From the IMG/VR virus record IMGVR_UViG_3300044628_000447, positions 1 through 52,743 of that record: 52,743 nucleotides of DNA. One strand, written 5' to 3'. Of this stretch, positions 29,588 through 40,628 are shown piece by piece. The notes under the pieces are model-generated. The model did not search any database and had not been told where the DNA came from. It worked only from the letters and a program-made list of their open reading frames with translations. The position numbers and the translations under genes were made by a program. This DNA comes from a virus. Taxonomy: Duplodnaviria > Caudoviricetes. How positions within the stretch are numbered: position 1 is the stretch's first letter; every line of letters starts with the position of its first letter.

Positions 29588-30067
29588 ATGGACAATCAAG
29601 ATTCAGCCCCATCTCTAACATTTCCAAATGTTCCAGATGATTTTTGTCCTACTGGAAACTGGGCAAATGTATTGCAAGAGTTTATCGATGAGGTTCTAGC
29701 GAACGGAACAGTAAACGTCCCCGGCCTTGGTGATGTAACTCCTGCTGAGATACAAGAAATCAACGATACTCTTGCAGACCTTCAAAACCAAATAGATTCA
29801 ATTGAAGATAATGTTGTTATCAGAAAAGGAACCGTTACAGGTGTTCCAACGGGCGACTCTATTCAAACGGTTTCATTTGCAAATCTTCCTACCAATTCAT
29901 TTTTCGCTGGTGTAACTCCAATTGCCACGGCAAGTTTAGGAGCATCACCAACGCCTCTTTTTGCTGTGGTTGACGCAAGCAAAACAACATCTGGATTCTC
30001 AATTAGAGTTGAGAACAATGTTGCACAAATTACAAGTATAGATTGGGTTGCAATCTATTCTGTATAA
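29588..30067 (+). CDS. Putative tail-associated protein
   Basis: Coiled-coil plus TTSGFSI...WVAI C-terminal domain. Confidence 0.6.
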   Translation: MDNQDSAPSLTFPNVPDDFCPTGNWANVLQEFIDEVLANGTVNVPGLGDVTPAEIQEINDTLADLQNQIDSIEDNVVIRKGTVTGVPTGDSIQTVSFANLPTNSFFAGVTPIATASLGASPTPLFAVVDASKTTSGFSIRVENNVAQITSIDWVAIYSV

Positions 30068-30094
30068 ACAAAAACAATAAACTAGAACAATAAT

Positions 30095-30244
30095 ATGCTT
30101 AAAGGAACAGACCCAAAACTCACGCTTGATGGAACTTCCACTCGCGGTAAGATCAGCACCGCCATGGGCAATCAAAAGCTCAATGGTAAGGGTGGAGTGT
30201 ATAGCTCCAAGCCAATGCCGACAGTTGGGAAACCCGTTAAATAA
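30095..30244 (+). CDS. Small basic protein (49 aa, not in ORF track)
   Basis: Manual translation MLKGTDPKLTLDGTSTRGK...; A-rich leader. Confidence 0.55.
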   Translation: MLKGTDPKLTLDGTSTRGKISTAMGNQKLNGKGGVYSSKPMPTVGKPVK

Positions 30245-30259
30245 TTATCGGAATCGATA

Positions 30260-31219
30260 ATGGACACTCTCGATGAGATGGTCGAGGTGGTTAAGGGGTT
30301 TGTTGGCGACAGTGGAACGTGTTCCACGGAACGCGCCATCAAATCCATCAACCAAGCTAGACGCTTACTTTGGAACAAGCGTGAATGGAATGCTACGCAT
30401 GAATACTTTTGCGTGTGTTGCGTTGACGGTTGTTTCACGCTGCCTAATAGGTATGAGCAAATCAAGCTGGCTTGGATTGGAAAAGATTCAGTGTCACTCG
30501 CAGATGAGTGGTTCAATGCTACCAATGCGTATGGGCTTCGTGAACATAACTCATGCCACAGGCTAATAACTGAGGCAGGAGGCAGGCACGTTCTATTCAA
30601 CGATTACTCATCCAATATATATCAGATTGGAGTAATGATTGAAGACTACGAAGATGAAGGCGTTGAGATTGCATTTGAAGCACAAGACGAATACGGTTCT
30701 TATAGCCTTGTAAAGCTAACAACCCTTGGCCGTGGCGAACTAGCTAAAACATCTAAACACTACAAAGCAATCCGCTCGGTATCAAAGCCAGTAACTAAAG
30801 GCAGGATTCGCGTCTACGCATACGACACTGAGATAGAATCTCAAACGCTTATATCGGTTTACCATCCAACCGATGTGAATCCAGTGTTCCGCAGGTTTAG
30901 GACACCAAAGAAATGCAACTCAATTACTATCTATGCGTCGAAGAGATACTTCGATTTAGTGGACAATCAAGAGCTTGTTGAGTTTACTCCAGATGCCATG
31001 ATCTATGCCGTTCTTGCGCTTAACTCGCGTGAGAACCGTAAGCCGCAAGAGTATCTTACTAACCTATCTCTTGCTGTGCAAGAAGAAGAGAAGGCAATGG
31101 AGGGAGATCAGATTCCCACAGCCGCCCCACTACGAGTTGCTGACTACCGCAGAGCAGACAGCTTGATTGGAGCAGACTTGCTTTCACCAAGCCCAAACGA
31201 CTATTTCTTTCAACCATAA
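30260..31219 (+). CDS. Probable head-tail adaptor
   Basis: INQARRLLW...FTLP pattern and position. Confidence 0.5.
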   Translation: MDTLDEMVEVVKGFVGDSGTCSTERAIKSINQARRLLWNKREWNATHEYFCVCCVDGCFTLPNRYEQIKLAWIGKDSVSLADEWFNATNAYGLREHNSCHRLITEAGGRHVLFNDYSSNIYQIGVMIEDYEDEGVEIAFEAQDEYGSYSLVKLTTLGRGELAKTSKHYKAIRSVSKPVTKGRIRVYAYDTEIESQTLISVYHPTDVNPVFRRFRTPKKCNSITIYASKRYFDLVDNQELVEFTPDAMIYAVLALNSRENRKPQEYLTNLSLAVQEEEKAMEGDQIPTAAPLRVADYRRADSLIGADLLSPSPNDYFFQP

Positions 31220-31222
31220 CCA

Positions 31223-31717
31223 ATGACACTAGAAATACAGGAAAAGATAGATGCAAGAACGGTTGCTGGATACGGCGACCCGAACGATGTTTTAAACCAA
31301 TGTGACTTAGAGATACTAAAACTTCCTCCAAGGGAGTGTCCGCTTATCCACAGGTTCACCCCCGGCCTTTATATCCGAGAGATATTCATGCCAAAGGATA
31401 CAATCTTAACCTCTCTTTTACACCTAACCACGCATCCTTTTTTTGTATTGCAGGGCGATGTATCGGTATGGTATCACGACATTCCTACTCAAAGGTATCG
31501 CGCTCCATACACAGGAGTAACTGAAGCTGGAACTCGTAGGCTTCTCTATACACATGAAGATACTATCTGGACAACTTGTCACGTAACTAACTTGACTGAT
31601 CCAGATGAGATTATAGACTCTATCACATCAAGGGACTTCAACCCAAGCATTGATAAGGATCATCCTAGAGTGCAAGGTTGGAGACATAACAAATTAAATC
31701 TGGAGAATAATAAATGA
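31223..31717 (+). CDS. Cupin-like phage protein
   Basis: HRFTPGLYIREIFMPK...H...H...GD; precedes the ejection proteins. Confidence 0.65.
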   Translation: MTLEIQEKIDARTVAGYGDPNDVLNQCDLEILKLPPRECPLIHRFTPGLYIREIFMPKDTILTSLLHLTTHPFFVLQGDVSVWYHDIPTQRYRAPYTGVTEAGTRRLLYTHEDTIWTTCHVTNLTDPDEIIDSITSRDFNPSIDKDHPRVQGWRHNKLNLENNK

Positions 31718-32742
31718 GTAGCGCATTTGCAATAGCTGCTGGTGTTGTTGGTGTTGCTGGAGCGGCAACTGCTGCTGGTATTTCTATGTCTGCATCTGAC
31801 AGGGCTGCAAAAGCAAGCTCTAGGCAAGGCAAGAAATATCAACAACAACTACAATCTGCAACCGATGAGTTTAATAGGAATCAAAATAAATTAAAAAACA
31901 AAATTAATGAAATTGATCCAAGTTTAAATATACCACAATATAATTTACAAGACGCTACGGTTGAAGGAATAGAATCTGCAAACAGAATAACACAAAACAC
32001 TCTCCAACAAATAGAAAAAATAGCCCCCGGTAGCGCAAGCGCAAGGCAACAAACCGGAAACATTATAGCAAGCTATCTTCGTGGTGAAGTTCCTCAAGAC
32101 GTTCAAGATCAAACAATGCGAATGATCGCGGAGAGAGGTGGTGCTGGTTTTAATATTGCAACAGCAGGCAGAGGTGCTGCAATTCAAGCACCGCAAGCCG
32201 ATTTCGCAAGAAGCATTGGAAGTCTTTCTTCAGAATATCAACGGATGGGTATGGAAGCGAATTGGAGAAATGTCGCTGAAGCATTTAGATTTTATCAACA
32301 ACCCTCAGAAATGATGCAGTTTGGATTACAGGGAAGAGGACAAGATATTACTGTAGCTCAAGCAGAGCGGCAGAATCAATTCCAAAAATACGGAATGATT
32401 TCAGATATTAACACCGGAAGGTATAATGCTCTTACTGGGCAAGCGCAGCAGGTCTACAATGTAGGACAACAGAACATCCAAAACACTCTAGCCGCACGTC
32501 AAGCTGTAGGCCAAGGAGTTCAAAGTATTTCAAGCGCAACAGCGGGAGCATTGATGGGAGTTGGTGGTGCTTACGGTGGACTCGGAATGGCTCAAGGTGC
32601 TGGAACTCAATATGGATCAATGGCAGCAGCCCAACAAGCAGCACCTTATGCCGCTGGATTTAGTCAGATTCAAGGAATGGGTTACGTCCCAAGAGCGCAA
32701 TCAAACTCGGCTCAAAGGGCGCTAACAGGAGCTTACGGATAA
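31714..32742 (+). CDS. Putative DNA ejection (pilot) protein
   Basis: Hydrophobic Ala/Gly-rich N-terminus and Gln-rich body. Confidence 0.6.
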   Translation: MSSAFAIAAGVVGVAGAATAAGISMSASDRAAKASSRQGKKYQQQLQSATDEFNRNQNKLKNKINEIDPSLNIPQYNLQDATVEGIESANRITQNTLQQIEKIAPGSASARQQTGNIIASYLRGEVPQDVQDQTMRMIAERGGAGFNIATAGRGAAIQAPQADFARSIGSLSSEYQRMGMEANWRNVAEAFRFYQQPSEMMQFGLQGRGQDITVAQAERQNQFQKYGMISDINTGRYNALTGQAQQVYNVGQQNIQNTLAARQAVGQGVQSISSATAGALMGVGGAYGGLGMAQGAGTQYGSMAAAQQAAPYAAGFSQIQGMGYVPRAQSNSAQRALTGAYG

Positions 32743-32748
32743 AAGATT

Positions 32749-34404
32749 ATGGCACTACCAGCAATGATTTCTGGATTTGGACAGCAGACAGCTAACTATG
32801 GCATGTCAGTTGGTCAGTCCTTGCAACAACTAGGTCAACAAGTAGGTCAACAGCTTGCGATGCGAGAGTATCAAAAGCAGGCCGCTTCCGCGCTTCCAGC
32901 CATGCAACAGCAGTATGATTCTGCATTTAACAAGATAAAGCAAGGAGATACGGCTGGTGGATACATGGATGTGCTGAAAACCAATATGGCTTTCGGTGCT
33001 ACACAGAACCCATTCCTGCTTCCATACATTAACCAAGCAAGCCAGTTTGCAGAGGATGCCGCTAAGAATGTATTGTCACAAGGCTGGCAGACAATCCAAG
33101 CGGGACGTGGTGCTGGCGGTGGAATGCCAGCAACAGCAGGAATGAGCGGAGCGCAACTTGCGGAACAAGCTGCCCTTGGAATCGATGCCGAGACACCACT
33201 TCCAGAAGGTGATGTAATTAACTTTAATCAGCCAACAGATGCAACAGCTACGATGGATTCAATTGACCAAGCCGCTGCTGCTGGATTGCCAGCCGCCGCA
33301 GGGATGGCTCCAACCACACAAGAAGCTGCTGCCGCTGGTGCTGCTGGACAACCGTTCCCATTCCAAGGAGCATCACAAGGAGGCCCAACAAACGAATCAG
33401 CACAAGCGCAGAAAGCATTTGCAAAACTTCCTGTATACAAGCAAGCCGCAGTTGCAAACGTGGGTGCATATAATTCTCTTCCTCCACAACAGAAGCAACA
33501 AGCATTGCAGGCAGCAATGGATTCCGACCCCGGCGCACAGAACTACGACAAGGAAGCAATCGACCTTGGCGAGTTTGGTATTGATGTAGGGGAGATTGGA
33601 ATACCTAAAGTAAAAGAACAAGTTCGCGTCAAGATGACTGCAAGCGGAACAACTAAAGACGCTACGGTTAGAAAAACATTCTCTCAAGAATTTATTGAGG
33701 TAGGAAAAGAACAATACAAGGACAACAAGGAGTATGTTAAGAAGATCAAAGATGCTTCAAACGCACTGTCAAAAGAACGTCCATCTTCCTCATTGCCTAC
33801 ATTCAAGAAAATCTTTCAAGATAACGGTGGTATATTGAACGCAACATTTGCTCCTAACTCACGAAGGAACAGTGATACATTCCCGTTTGTGATGATACCA
33901 AGCGAGGGTGCTGCCGAGATTCCAATAACTGAGAAGCAATACGAATACATTCAAGCTATCCAGACATTGCCAGCAAACGCAGACTCTACTGGTTTGAATA
34001 TCTTGCCATCCAAGAAAAGCATGGAGGCTATGGCCGGTAAAGCAGCAGCCGCAGAACCACGGGATTCGGTTAAGGAAAGATTTCCTGTAAAACAAACCCA
34101 AGAACAAACATCTTCTGCAATTTCTTCAGATCGATTGCCGTCCGCTCCAGACAATCCATTCACGCAAGCGGCTGAACAAGCGATGGCGCGTCAATCTTCT
34201 GAAAAGAAAGCAACATTTGAAAAATCATTAAGAACTAAAATAGCTGATTACGATAAAAAGATTTCATCGCTATCTGGAGGTTCAACTAGAAAAGAAATGA
34301 TGCGACCAGAGTTTTTGCAAAAACAAAAATCCGAATACGATAGAATATGGAGAGAGCGAGAGGCATTGAAATCAGAGCTTGAAAAGCTAACATCTTCTAA
34401 TTAG
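32749..34404 (+). CDS. Putative DNA ejection / internal virion protein
   Basis: Gln/Ala-rich, lies between the pilot and large internal protein genes. Confidence 0.55.
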   Translation: MALPAMISGFGQQTANYGMSVGQSLQQLGQQVGQQLAMREYQKQAASALPAMQQQYDSAFNKIKQGDTAGGYMDVLKTNMAFGATQNPFLLPYINQASQFAEDAAKNVLSQGWQTIQAGRGAGGGMPATAGMSGAQLAEQAALGIDAETPLPEGDVINFNQPTDATATMDSIDQAAAAGLPAAAGMAPTTQEAAAAGAAGQPFPFQGASQGGPTNESAQAQKAFAKLPVYKQAAVANVGAYNSLPPQQKQQALQAAMDSDPGAQNYDKEAIDLGEFGIDVGEIGIPKVKEQVRVKMTASGTTKDATVRKTFSQEFIEVGKEQYKDNKEYVKKIKDASNALSKERPSSSLPTFKKIFQDNGGILNATFAPNSRRNSDTFPFVMIPSEGAAEIPITEKQYEYIQAIQTLPANADSTGLNILPSKKSMEAMAGKAAAAEPRDSVKERFPVKQTQEQTSSAISSDRLPSAPDNPFTQAAEQAMARQSSEKKATFEKSLRTKIADYDKKISSLSGGSTRKEMMRPEFLQKQKSEYDRIWREREALKSELEKLTSSN

Positions 34405-34413
34405 GATGTAAAA

Positions 34414-37400
34414 ATGACCTTCACATTTGATGAATTGAAGACAGCCAGAGATAGGGGTTACTCTGATGATGAAATTTGGAATACATTAATATCTGAGGAT
34501 AAGGAAATTAATCTTGCAAAAGAAAGGGGCTATTCTCTTGAGGAAGTTACATCAATACTTTCTGGAAAGCCAACGCAGGAGCGACTGGTTTCTCAAGAAC
34601 AACCAGAAGAAGAAGGATTCCTTCGCCAAGCAGCAGACATTCCAGTAAACATTTTTAAGGGTGGCGTTACTGGAACGAGGATGGTTACTGACATTTTCGG
34701 TGCGGCCAACCCATTATCAAAAGCACTTGCAGGAGTTGAGGACTACATGGATAGCTTGCTATCCGCAGAGGCAAAGCGTGACCAACAAAAGATTTCACAA
34801 ATCCTCGCTGATGCACAAGACAAGGGTGTTCTTGACCAAGTGATGGCAGGCATTGAAGCGTTTTCTGTAGCCCCCGCAGACACTCTAGCCAATGCGATGG
34901 GAACCATGATTCCTGTGCTGGCTACCGGACTTGCTGGAACTGCCGCTAGACTAGCCCCTGTAGCGATAAGAGGTGTTCAGCTTGGCATGGGTGCAGCGAT
35001 GGGTGCTGGCACAGTCAAGGGAGAGATTTACAATGCTGTATATAGTGAGCTAGATCAACAAGGAGTAGACCCAGAAACGGCAGACAAGAGGGCTTCCGAG
35101 GCACAAGCATACGGAGGAAAGAACCTAGATCAGATTTTAATTGGTGCGGGACTCGGAGCGGCAGCAGCTTCTACGGGAGCGGAGAAGATTCTTACTGCCG
35201 TTCTATCCAAACAAGGCAAGGGGGTTAGCGGAAATATTGTTCAGCGTGTGTTGAAGGGTGGAATTACGGAAGCCGCTCCAGAGGCAGCGCAGGGAGGGCA
35301 AGAGAAAATAGCAACCAATATTGCATTGCAACGCGAAGGATTTGATGTTCCTACCATGCGCGGAGTTGTATCGCAGGCCACAATGGAAGGTGTTGCTGGT
35401 ATTGGTTTGGGTGGATTTGCTGGAGCTATTGATACGAGCACAGCGAAATCGCCAGAGACAATAGAGGAAGAGAGCATTGAATCTGATGTCAATAAGGTGG
35501 TGAGGGAACTTACTGTTCCAACCGGAGACAGTAACGCAAAGACCATTGTTAGTGAAACCAACCGAGTTGAGAGAAAGATAGAAAAAAACAAGGTAAGGCT
35601 GAGTGGTCTTGAGCCAACTTCCCGCGAATATAAAAGGCTTTCACTAGAGATTTCAGAAGATGAGAAAAATCTTTCAGCGTTGAAGCAAGCTGTTGGCACT
35701 GTCACTGGATTATCGGAACCGATAAGACAAGTAGAGACTGAGCAAGTTAGGTTGGCTAGGGAGATTGGCGCGGAGCCAACTCAAGTAGCAGAAGCGGAGG
35801 CAGTAGCAGAACCTTCCCGAGCGGTAACACCAGCACCGGAAACCGCCGCAGAACCCGCAGTTGTTACCGAGCGGGAAGCTGCACCAGCAGAAGCTCCCGC
35901 GCCAGAGGTTGCTGCCATTGATAGATACACAGAGCTATCTCGCAACCCCAAACTTGGAACAGCTAAAGAGAGAAAGGCGTTAGAGCCAACTGTAGCAACG
36001 ACAACATTCAAAACGAGTCGCGGCAGCACATATTATATTTTGCCAGACGGGAAGATACGCCGAGACAAATACTCTGGAACAACAAGTTACTCCGATCAGA
36101 TTGCTTTTGTTTCTTCCGAAAACGCAGAAAAAATAAAAGAGATTCGGAATGAATATGAAGAAGGCAAGAATACTTCGATTGAAATTACTCCAGAGGTAAT
36201 TCGTTTTCAATTTAACGAAAAGACTGAAGAAGTTCCAATTACATCACAATCCCCGCAAGAAGGTCTTTCTCCTTTTGAGTTATCCGGTGGAAGATACCCA
36301 CATTTGGGTGATCCGGTAGTATCGGAAACAATAACGGAGCCAGCCGACGCACCAGCACAACCCGCAGGCATTGCAGTAGGCAACCGAATCCGTCTAGGCA
36401 AGAGTCCACAGACCTACACCATCGAAGAAGTAATCCCGCAGACCGCAGCAGAGCAAGAGCTAGGGGAGCAGTATTACTCTGTAAAGAACGAGAAGACAGG
36501 TGAGACGCAGGTTGTGGAGAAGGGAGACTTGAAACTTGTAAGGGCGAAAGGAGATATTCGACTTAATCCTCTTGGATATGATATTACTGAAGCTGTAGAG
36601 GATATTAAAGCTGGTAAAACCGACACACCACTTCGCGCAGTAAACCAAGTAATCGAAGAAGCTACTGAACTTCGCAATCGTGTATCTGCTGAATCCGCTA
36701 GGCGCAAGCAACCAAGGAAGACTGGCAAGGCCGCAATCTTGGAGCGAATTGCTAGGGAGCGTAGTGCTGGCAACATCAATGAGAAGACAGCTAGGGCATT
36801 AACAGACTTTATTAATAGGGTAAATGAAGATGCGATATGGGATACGGCTATCTCAATCCGCGCAAAAGGAGTAAGTAACTATGACTTCGCTGATAACCTA
36901 GTCACATTCTTTTTGAACCAAGATAAAGGCGACTTGGGTGCTGCTGTAAGCATCCACGAGTTTTGGCATGGGTTGTCCCGCTTTCTACCGGATACTGAAG
37001 TTCAGAAGATTAATAAAGATTATACTAAAGAACTAGAAGCATACCTTAAAGAGAATCCGTGGTTCTTGGCCTTTGTCGGAAGATACTCACTGACACCCGA
37101 ACAGTTTGAGGCATACAAGAAGTTTAATCCTAAAGAGGCTGAAACCAAACTCACACCAGTCAATGACGATCAAGGCAATATTGTTAAATACAATATCAAG
37201 TTTGATAAAGAGAACTACCGCTACATCATGCTGGATGAGTTCATTGCGGAGAAGATGACTGACCTTGTTCTTGGTAAGCAAGCTGCCCCTAATACATTCC
37301 TTGGAAAGCTTGCCAAGGTATTACGCGAGTTCATGGGATTGATTAAAGCTCGCCTTGGGATTGATCCATACGAGAAGTTTTATCAAGAAGTCACATTACC

Positions 37401-40400
37401 TAACGGAAAACTGACTCTTCAAAGGCAATCTGGCGTCGCTCCTGCAATGCAGATTTACGAGCCGCTTGAATACGATTACTCAACTCGGAGGATGATGGCA
37501 GCAGAGATGCCGCAACCTATAAGAAGCGAAGATGTTAATTCTGAAATAGATAAAGCCAAGAAGATCGATTCAGTCATAAAAGAAACGCTCTCAACCTTGG
37601 ACGCTAATGTTGCTAGAGACTACAATGCCTTTGTAAATGAAGGCAAAAGCGAGAAGCAAATCGCAGAGGAAAACGAAACTAGCATCAACTCGGTAAGAGT
37701 TAATATCGTCAAGGGTAAGAAGGCTGTCGGTGATGCTATCAAGAAAGCCAAGATCGACACTAACGCAAAACCAGACAACGGGGTTATTGGATGGACGATT
37801 GGCGCGGTCAAAAAGTATTTCACTAAGGAAGGCGAACTACCCGGTGGAACATTCCAGAACTGGGTAAGAAGGAACGCAAGGCTTTCTAAGGAAGCAGAAG
37901 AAGTAAGGCAAGCTACTCAAAGCTTCTACGATGGACTAAGGAAGATTTACAAGATTAACAGAATCAAGTTTATCCTTGATGGCTTCTCTTCCATCCCTCC
38001 AGAAGACGTGGCAATGTTCAACGATGCGCTGGCTGGTGAGATACCAATCACCTCTCTGCCTAAAGAAATCCAGAAGCCGATTACTAGGATGCGCCAACAC
38101 ATAGATGCGTTGTCTTCTGAGTTGGTTGCTACCGGTCAATTGCCAGAATACCTAGAGGCAAAAGTATTTAGCAGCCTCGGAGTCTACCTAACTAGAAGCT
38201 ACAAAATCTTCTCTGATCCAAAGTGGGTCAACAAGATTCCGCAAGAGAAGCTTACCGCAGCTAGGAATTTCTTGTTCCAACAAGAATTAAAGAACAATCC
38301 AGATTACACTATAGAAGACGCAGACAGGAAGCTTGAGCAGATGTTGAACGATTGGTCTGGAGAAAAGGATACAGCAGGCAAGCGCGGTGGTAGGCTTGGC
38401 GCGAAAGATTTGTCTGTAATGATGACTCGCTCTGATGTTCCCAAACAGCTACGGGATGTAATGGGGGAGAATACCAACATCATCTTCAACTACGCTAATA
38501 CAGTAGGAAAGATTTCTCGGTTTGTAGCAGATCAAAACTTCCTTGATGCTGTAAAAGCAGAAGGTGCAGGAAAGTTTTTGTTCACAAAAGACAGTGCGCC
38601 TAAAGGATTCAATACTCAAATAGCTCCAGAGGAAAGCAGAACGATGTCACCACTGAGCGGACTTCGCACTTCTCCAGAGATTGCCAAGGCGTTTGAGGAA
38701 TTTGGTAAGGCGTATGATTCCACACAGAATCCGTTCTTGCACACGTTGGCATGGCTAAATGCCGTAGGGAAAGCCAACCTTACCGTTGGTTCTGTTCTTA
38801 CACAGATGAGAAACTTGATTGGTCAGCCATTCTTCTTCCTATCAAATGGACACACAAACCTTGGCGTTATCAACGATGAAGTCAATCGTTTGATGAAAGA
38901 CCAAAAACTGAGCAAGAAAGAAGCGCGTGAAGAGCTTGTTAAGATGGCAGCGGGAGAAGGCTTGGTAGGAGAGAATGCCTATGCTGGTGAGCTTAAAGAA
39001 GCCTTCGAGCAGGTAGGACTAAAGACTTTCGAGGACATGGATGCTGATGACTTCAGCAAGCAATTCGTTTTATTCAGACTTTTCCGCTCTGGAACACAGG
39101 GAGCGCAGAGAATCTACCAGAAGACAGATGAGTTTGGTAAGATCATCGGATGGCTGAACGAAACTGACAGGGTAATGCGTATGAACGAAGGCATGAGCAG
39201 GGAAGATGCTATGTCTATCGCCTCCGAGCGCGTTCGCAATACCTACCCGACATACTCACAAGGAAGCCAAGCCTTGAGGTTGTTCCGTAGGCAACCATTC
39301 ATTGGCCCATTCGCCACGTTTTTCTACGAGACATTCCGAACAACATACTGGAATGCCAAGTATGCTTTTGATGACATCAACAAAGGTGGAGCGGCACGCA
39401 AGGAAGGAATTGCTAGGCTTGCTGGAACCATGGCGCAGCTTGCTATCGGAGCATTCCTTGCCAACGCAGTATCCAAAATGGTTTCTGGAATCACGGACGA
39501 AGAAGAAGAGGATGTCCGCAGAATGCTTCCACCATGGGAAAAGGATGCGGCAATGATATGGTTTCCGAAAGACAAGCAAGGAGTCTACAACTACATTAAC
39601 CTTTCCTACGTTTCCCCCTACAACGCTCTAACCGATCCATTCGTTGCAATGTTAAGCGGGTTTGCCCGTGGAGAAAACCCATTGACTGTATTGACAGATG
39701 CGGTGGGTTCTTTCTTGGAGCCTTTTACAAGCTGGCAACCAGTATCTGCTTCTATAATTGATGCAGCAAGAAACAAAACAGAGACAGGCAAGAAGGTCTA
39801 CAATGAAGAGGCTGATCTTTCCACTCAAACAACCGATGTTCTCTTGCATGTGTTTGGGAAAGCATTCACACCGGGAACCATTGACCGTATCCGCAGGCGT
39901 ATTGTTCCTGCAATCTACGGCGAGACGGTTGGAACACGCGCACCAGAACCAGTCAAAGAGATTGCTTCCGAGCTTACTGGTATTCGATTCCAGAACCTTG
40001 ACATGAAGCAAGCCTTCCAGAACAGGGCATGGGAATTTAATAAAGCGCAGAACGAATCAGAACGCATCTTCCGTGACGTTTCTACCCGCAGACGCAGAGT
40101 AACAGCGGAAGAACAGATCGAGGCATACCGAGTGGCAGAGCAAAGCAGGTTTGAAAACTGGCAGGAAATGTATCGTGATTACATGGCAGTCCGCAGGGCT
40201 GGAGCCACTGAGGATGAGGCAATCGAGTTGATGAACGACATCCGCATATCGAAGCGTGAAGCGTCACTGATTGCTGGTGGAGAATACATGCCGTATGAGG
40301 TCAGCAAGGAAGTAATCAGAAGATCAGAACTCAACGGCAACGAAGTTCCGTTGGATGAGATTGACGCCATTGCAGAGTCTATGCCGACAGTCTTGCAAGA

Positions 40401-40419
40401 CCTACCAAAAAATCCTTGA
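34414..40419 (+). CDS. Large internal virion / polyvalent protein (2001 aa)
   Basis: Gly/Ala-rich membrane-like N-region, HEFWH...DEFIAE zincin-like motif, sigma4-like HTH, long helical C-terminus. Confidence 0.7.
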   Translation: MTFTFDELKTARDRGYSDDEIWNTLISEDKEINLAKERGYSLEEVTSILSGKPTQERLVSQEQPEEEGFLRQAADIPVNIFKGGVTGTRMVTDIFGAANPLSKALAGVEDYMDSLLSAEAKRDQQKISQILADAQDKGVLDQVMAGIEAFSVAPADTLANAMGTMIPVLATGLAGTAARLAPVAIRGVQLGMGAAMGAGTVKGEIYNAVYSELDQQGVDPETADKRASEAQAYGGKNLDQILIGAGLGAAAASTGAEKILTAVLSKQGKGVSGNIVQRVLKGGITEAAPEAAQGGQEKIATNIALQREGFDVPTMRGVVSQATMEGVAGIGLGGFAGAIDTSTAKSPETIEEESIESDVNKVVRELTVPTGDSNAKTIVSETNRVERKIEKNKVRLSGLEPTSREYKRLSLEISEDEKNLSALKQAVGTVTGLSEPIRQVETEQVRLAREIGAEPTQVAEAEAVAEPSRAVTPAPETAAEPAVVTEREAAPAEAPAPEVAAIDRYTELSRNPKLGTAKERKALEPTVATTTFKTSRGSTYYILPDGKIRRDKYSGTTSYSDQIAFVSSENAEKIKEIRNEYEEGKNTSIEITPEVIRFQFNEKTEEVPITSQSPQEGLSPFELSGGRYPHLGDPVVSETITEPADAPAQPAGIAVGNRIRLGKSPQTYTIEEVIPQTAAEQELGEQYYSVKNEKTGETQVVEKGDLKLVRAKGDIRLNPLGYDITEAVEDIKAGKTDTPLRAVNQVIEEATELRNRVSAESARRKQPRKTGKAAILERIARERSAGNINEKTARALTDFINRVNEDAIWDTAISIRAKGVSNYDFADNLVTFFLNQDKGDLGAAVSIHEFWHGLSRFLPDTEVQKINKDYTKELEAYLKENPWFLAFVGRYSLTPEQFEAYKKFNPKEAETKLTPVNDDQGNIVKYNIKFDKENYRYIMLDEFIAEKMTDLVLGKQAAPNTFLGKLAKVLREFMGLIKARLGIDPYEKFYQEVTLPNGKLTLQRQSGVAPAMQIYEPLEYDYSTRRMMAAEMPQPIRSEDVNSEIDKAKKIDSVIKETLSTLDANVARDYNAFVNEGKSEKQIAEENETSINSVRVNIVKGKKAVGDAIKKAKIDTNAKPDNGVIGWTIGAVKKYFTKEGELPGGTFQNWVRRNARLSKEAEEVRQATQSFYDGLRKIYKINRIKFILDGFSSIPPEDVAMFNDALAGEIPITSLPKEIQKPITRMRQHIDALSSELVATGQLPEYLEAKVFSSLGVYLTRSYKIFSDPKWVNKIPQEKLTAARNFLFQQELKNNPDYTIEDADRKLEQMLNDWSGEKDTAGKRGGRLGAKDLSVMMTRSDVPKQLRDVMGENTNIIFNYANTVGKISRFVADQNFLDAVKAEGAGKFLFTKDSAPKGFNTQIAPEESRTMSPLSGLRTSPEIAKAFEEFGKAYDSTQNPFLHTLAWLNAVGKANLTVGSVLTQMRNLIGQPFFFLSNGHTNLGVINDEVNRLMKDQKLSKKEAREELVKMAAGEGLVGENAYAGELKEAFEQVGLKTFEDMDADDFSKQFVLFRLFRSGTQGAQRIYQKTDEFGKIIGWLNETDRVMRMNEGMSREDAMSIASERVRNTYPTYSQGSQALRLFRRQPFIGPFATFFYETFRTTYWNAKYAFDDINKGGAARKEGIARLAGTMAQLAIGAFLANAVSKMVSGITDEEEEDVRRMLPPWEKDAAMIWFPKDKQGVYNYINLSYVSPYNALTDPFVAMLSGFARGENPLTVLTDAVGSFLEPFTSWQPVSASIIDAARNKTETGKKVYNEEADLSTQTTDVLLHVFGKAFTPGTIDRIRRRIVPAIYGETVGTRAPEPVKEIASELTGIRFQNLDMKQAFQNRAWEFNKAQNESERIFRDVSTRRRRVTAEEQIEAYRVAEQSRFENWQEMYRDYMAVRRAGATEDEAIELMNDIRISKREASLIAGGEYMPYEVSKEVIRRSELNGNEVPLDEIDAIAESMPTVLQDLPKNP

Positions 40420-40486
40420 CTTCCCCGTAGAGACTGATAAACACTAGCTGTGCGGGTTTCGGCTTGCACGTGTGTTCATTGGTATT

Positions 40487-40522
40487 GGGGGGCACTCTCG
40501 CCTTGCGGGGGTGTCCCTTTCC
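40487..40522 (+). terminator. Probable terminator ending the structural operon
   Basis: GGGGCACTCTCG...CGGGGGTGTCCC stem followed by TTT; a second TTCG-loop hairpin lies at about 40450-40470. Confidence 0.55.
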
Positions 40523-40628
40523 AGTTATCGAAATCGATAATAAAAAAATCTGAAAAAAAGTATTGACCCAAATAAACAGACTCAATATATCTGTTGCCAC
40601 TCTCGCAATACCAACGAGGGTAAAACCA

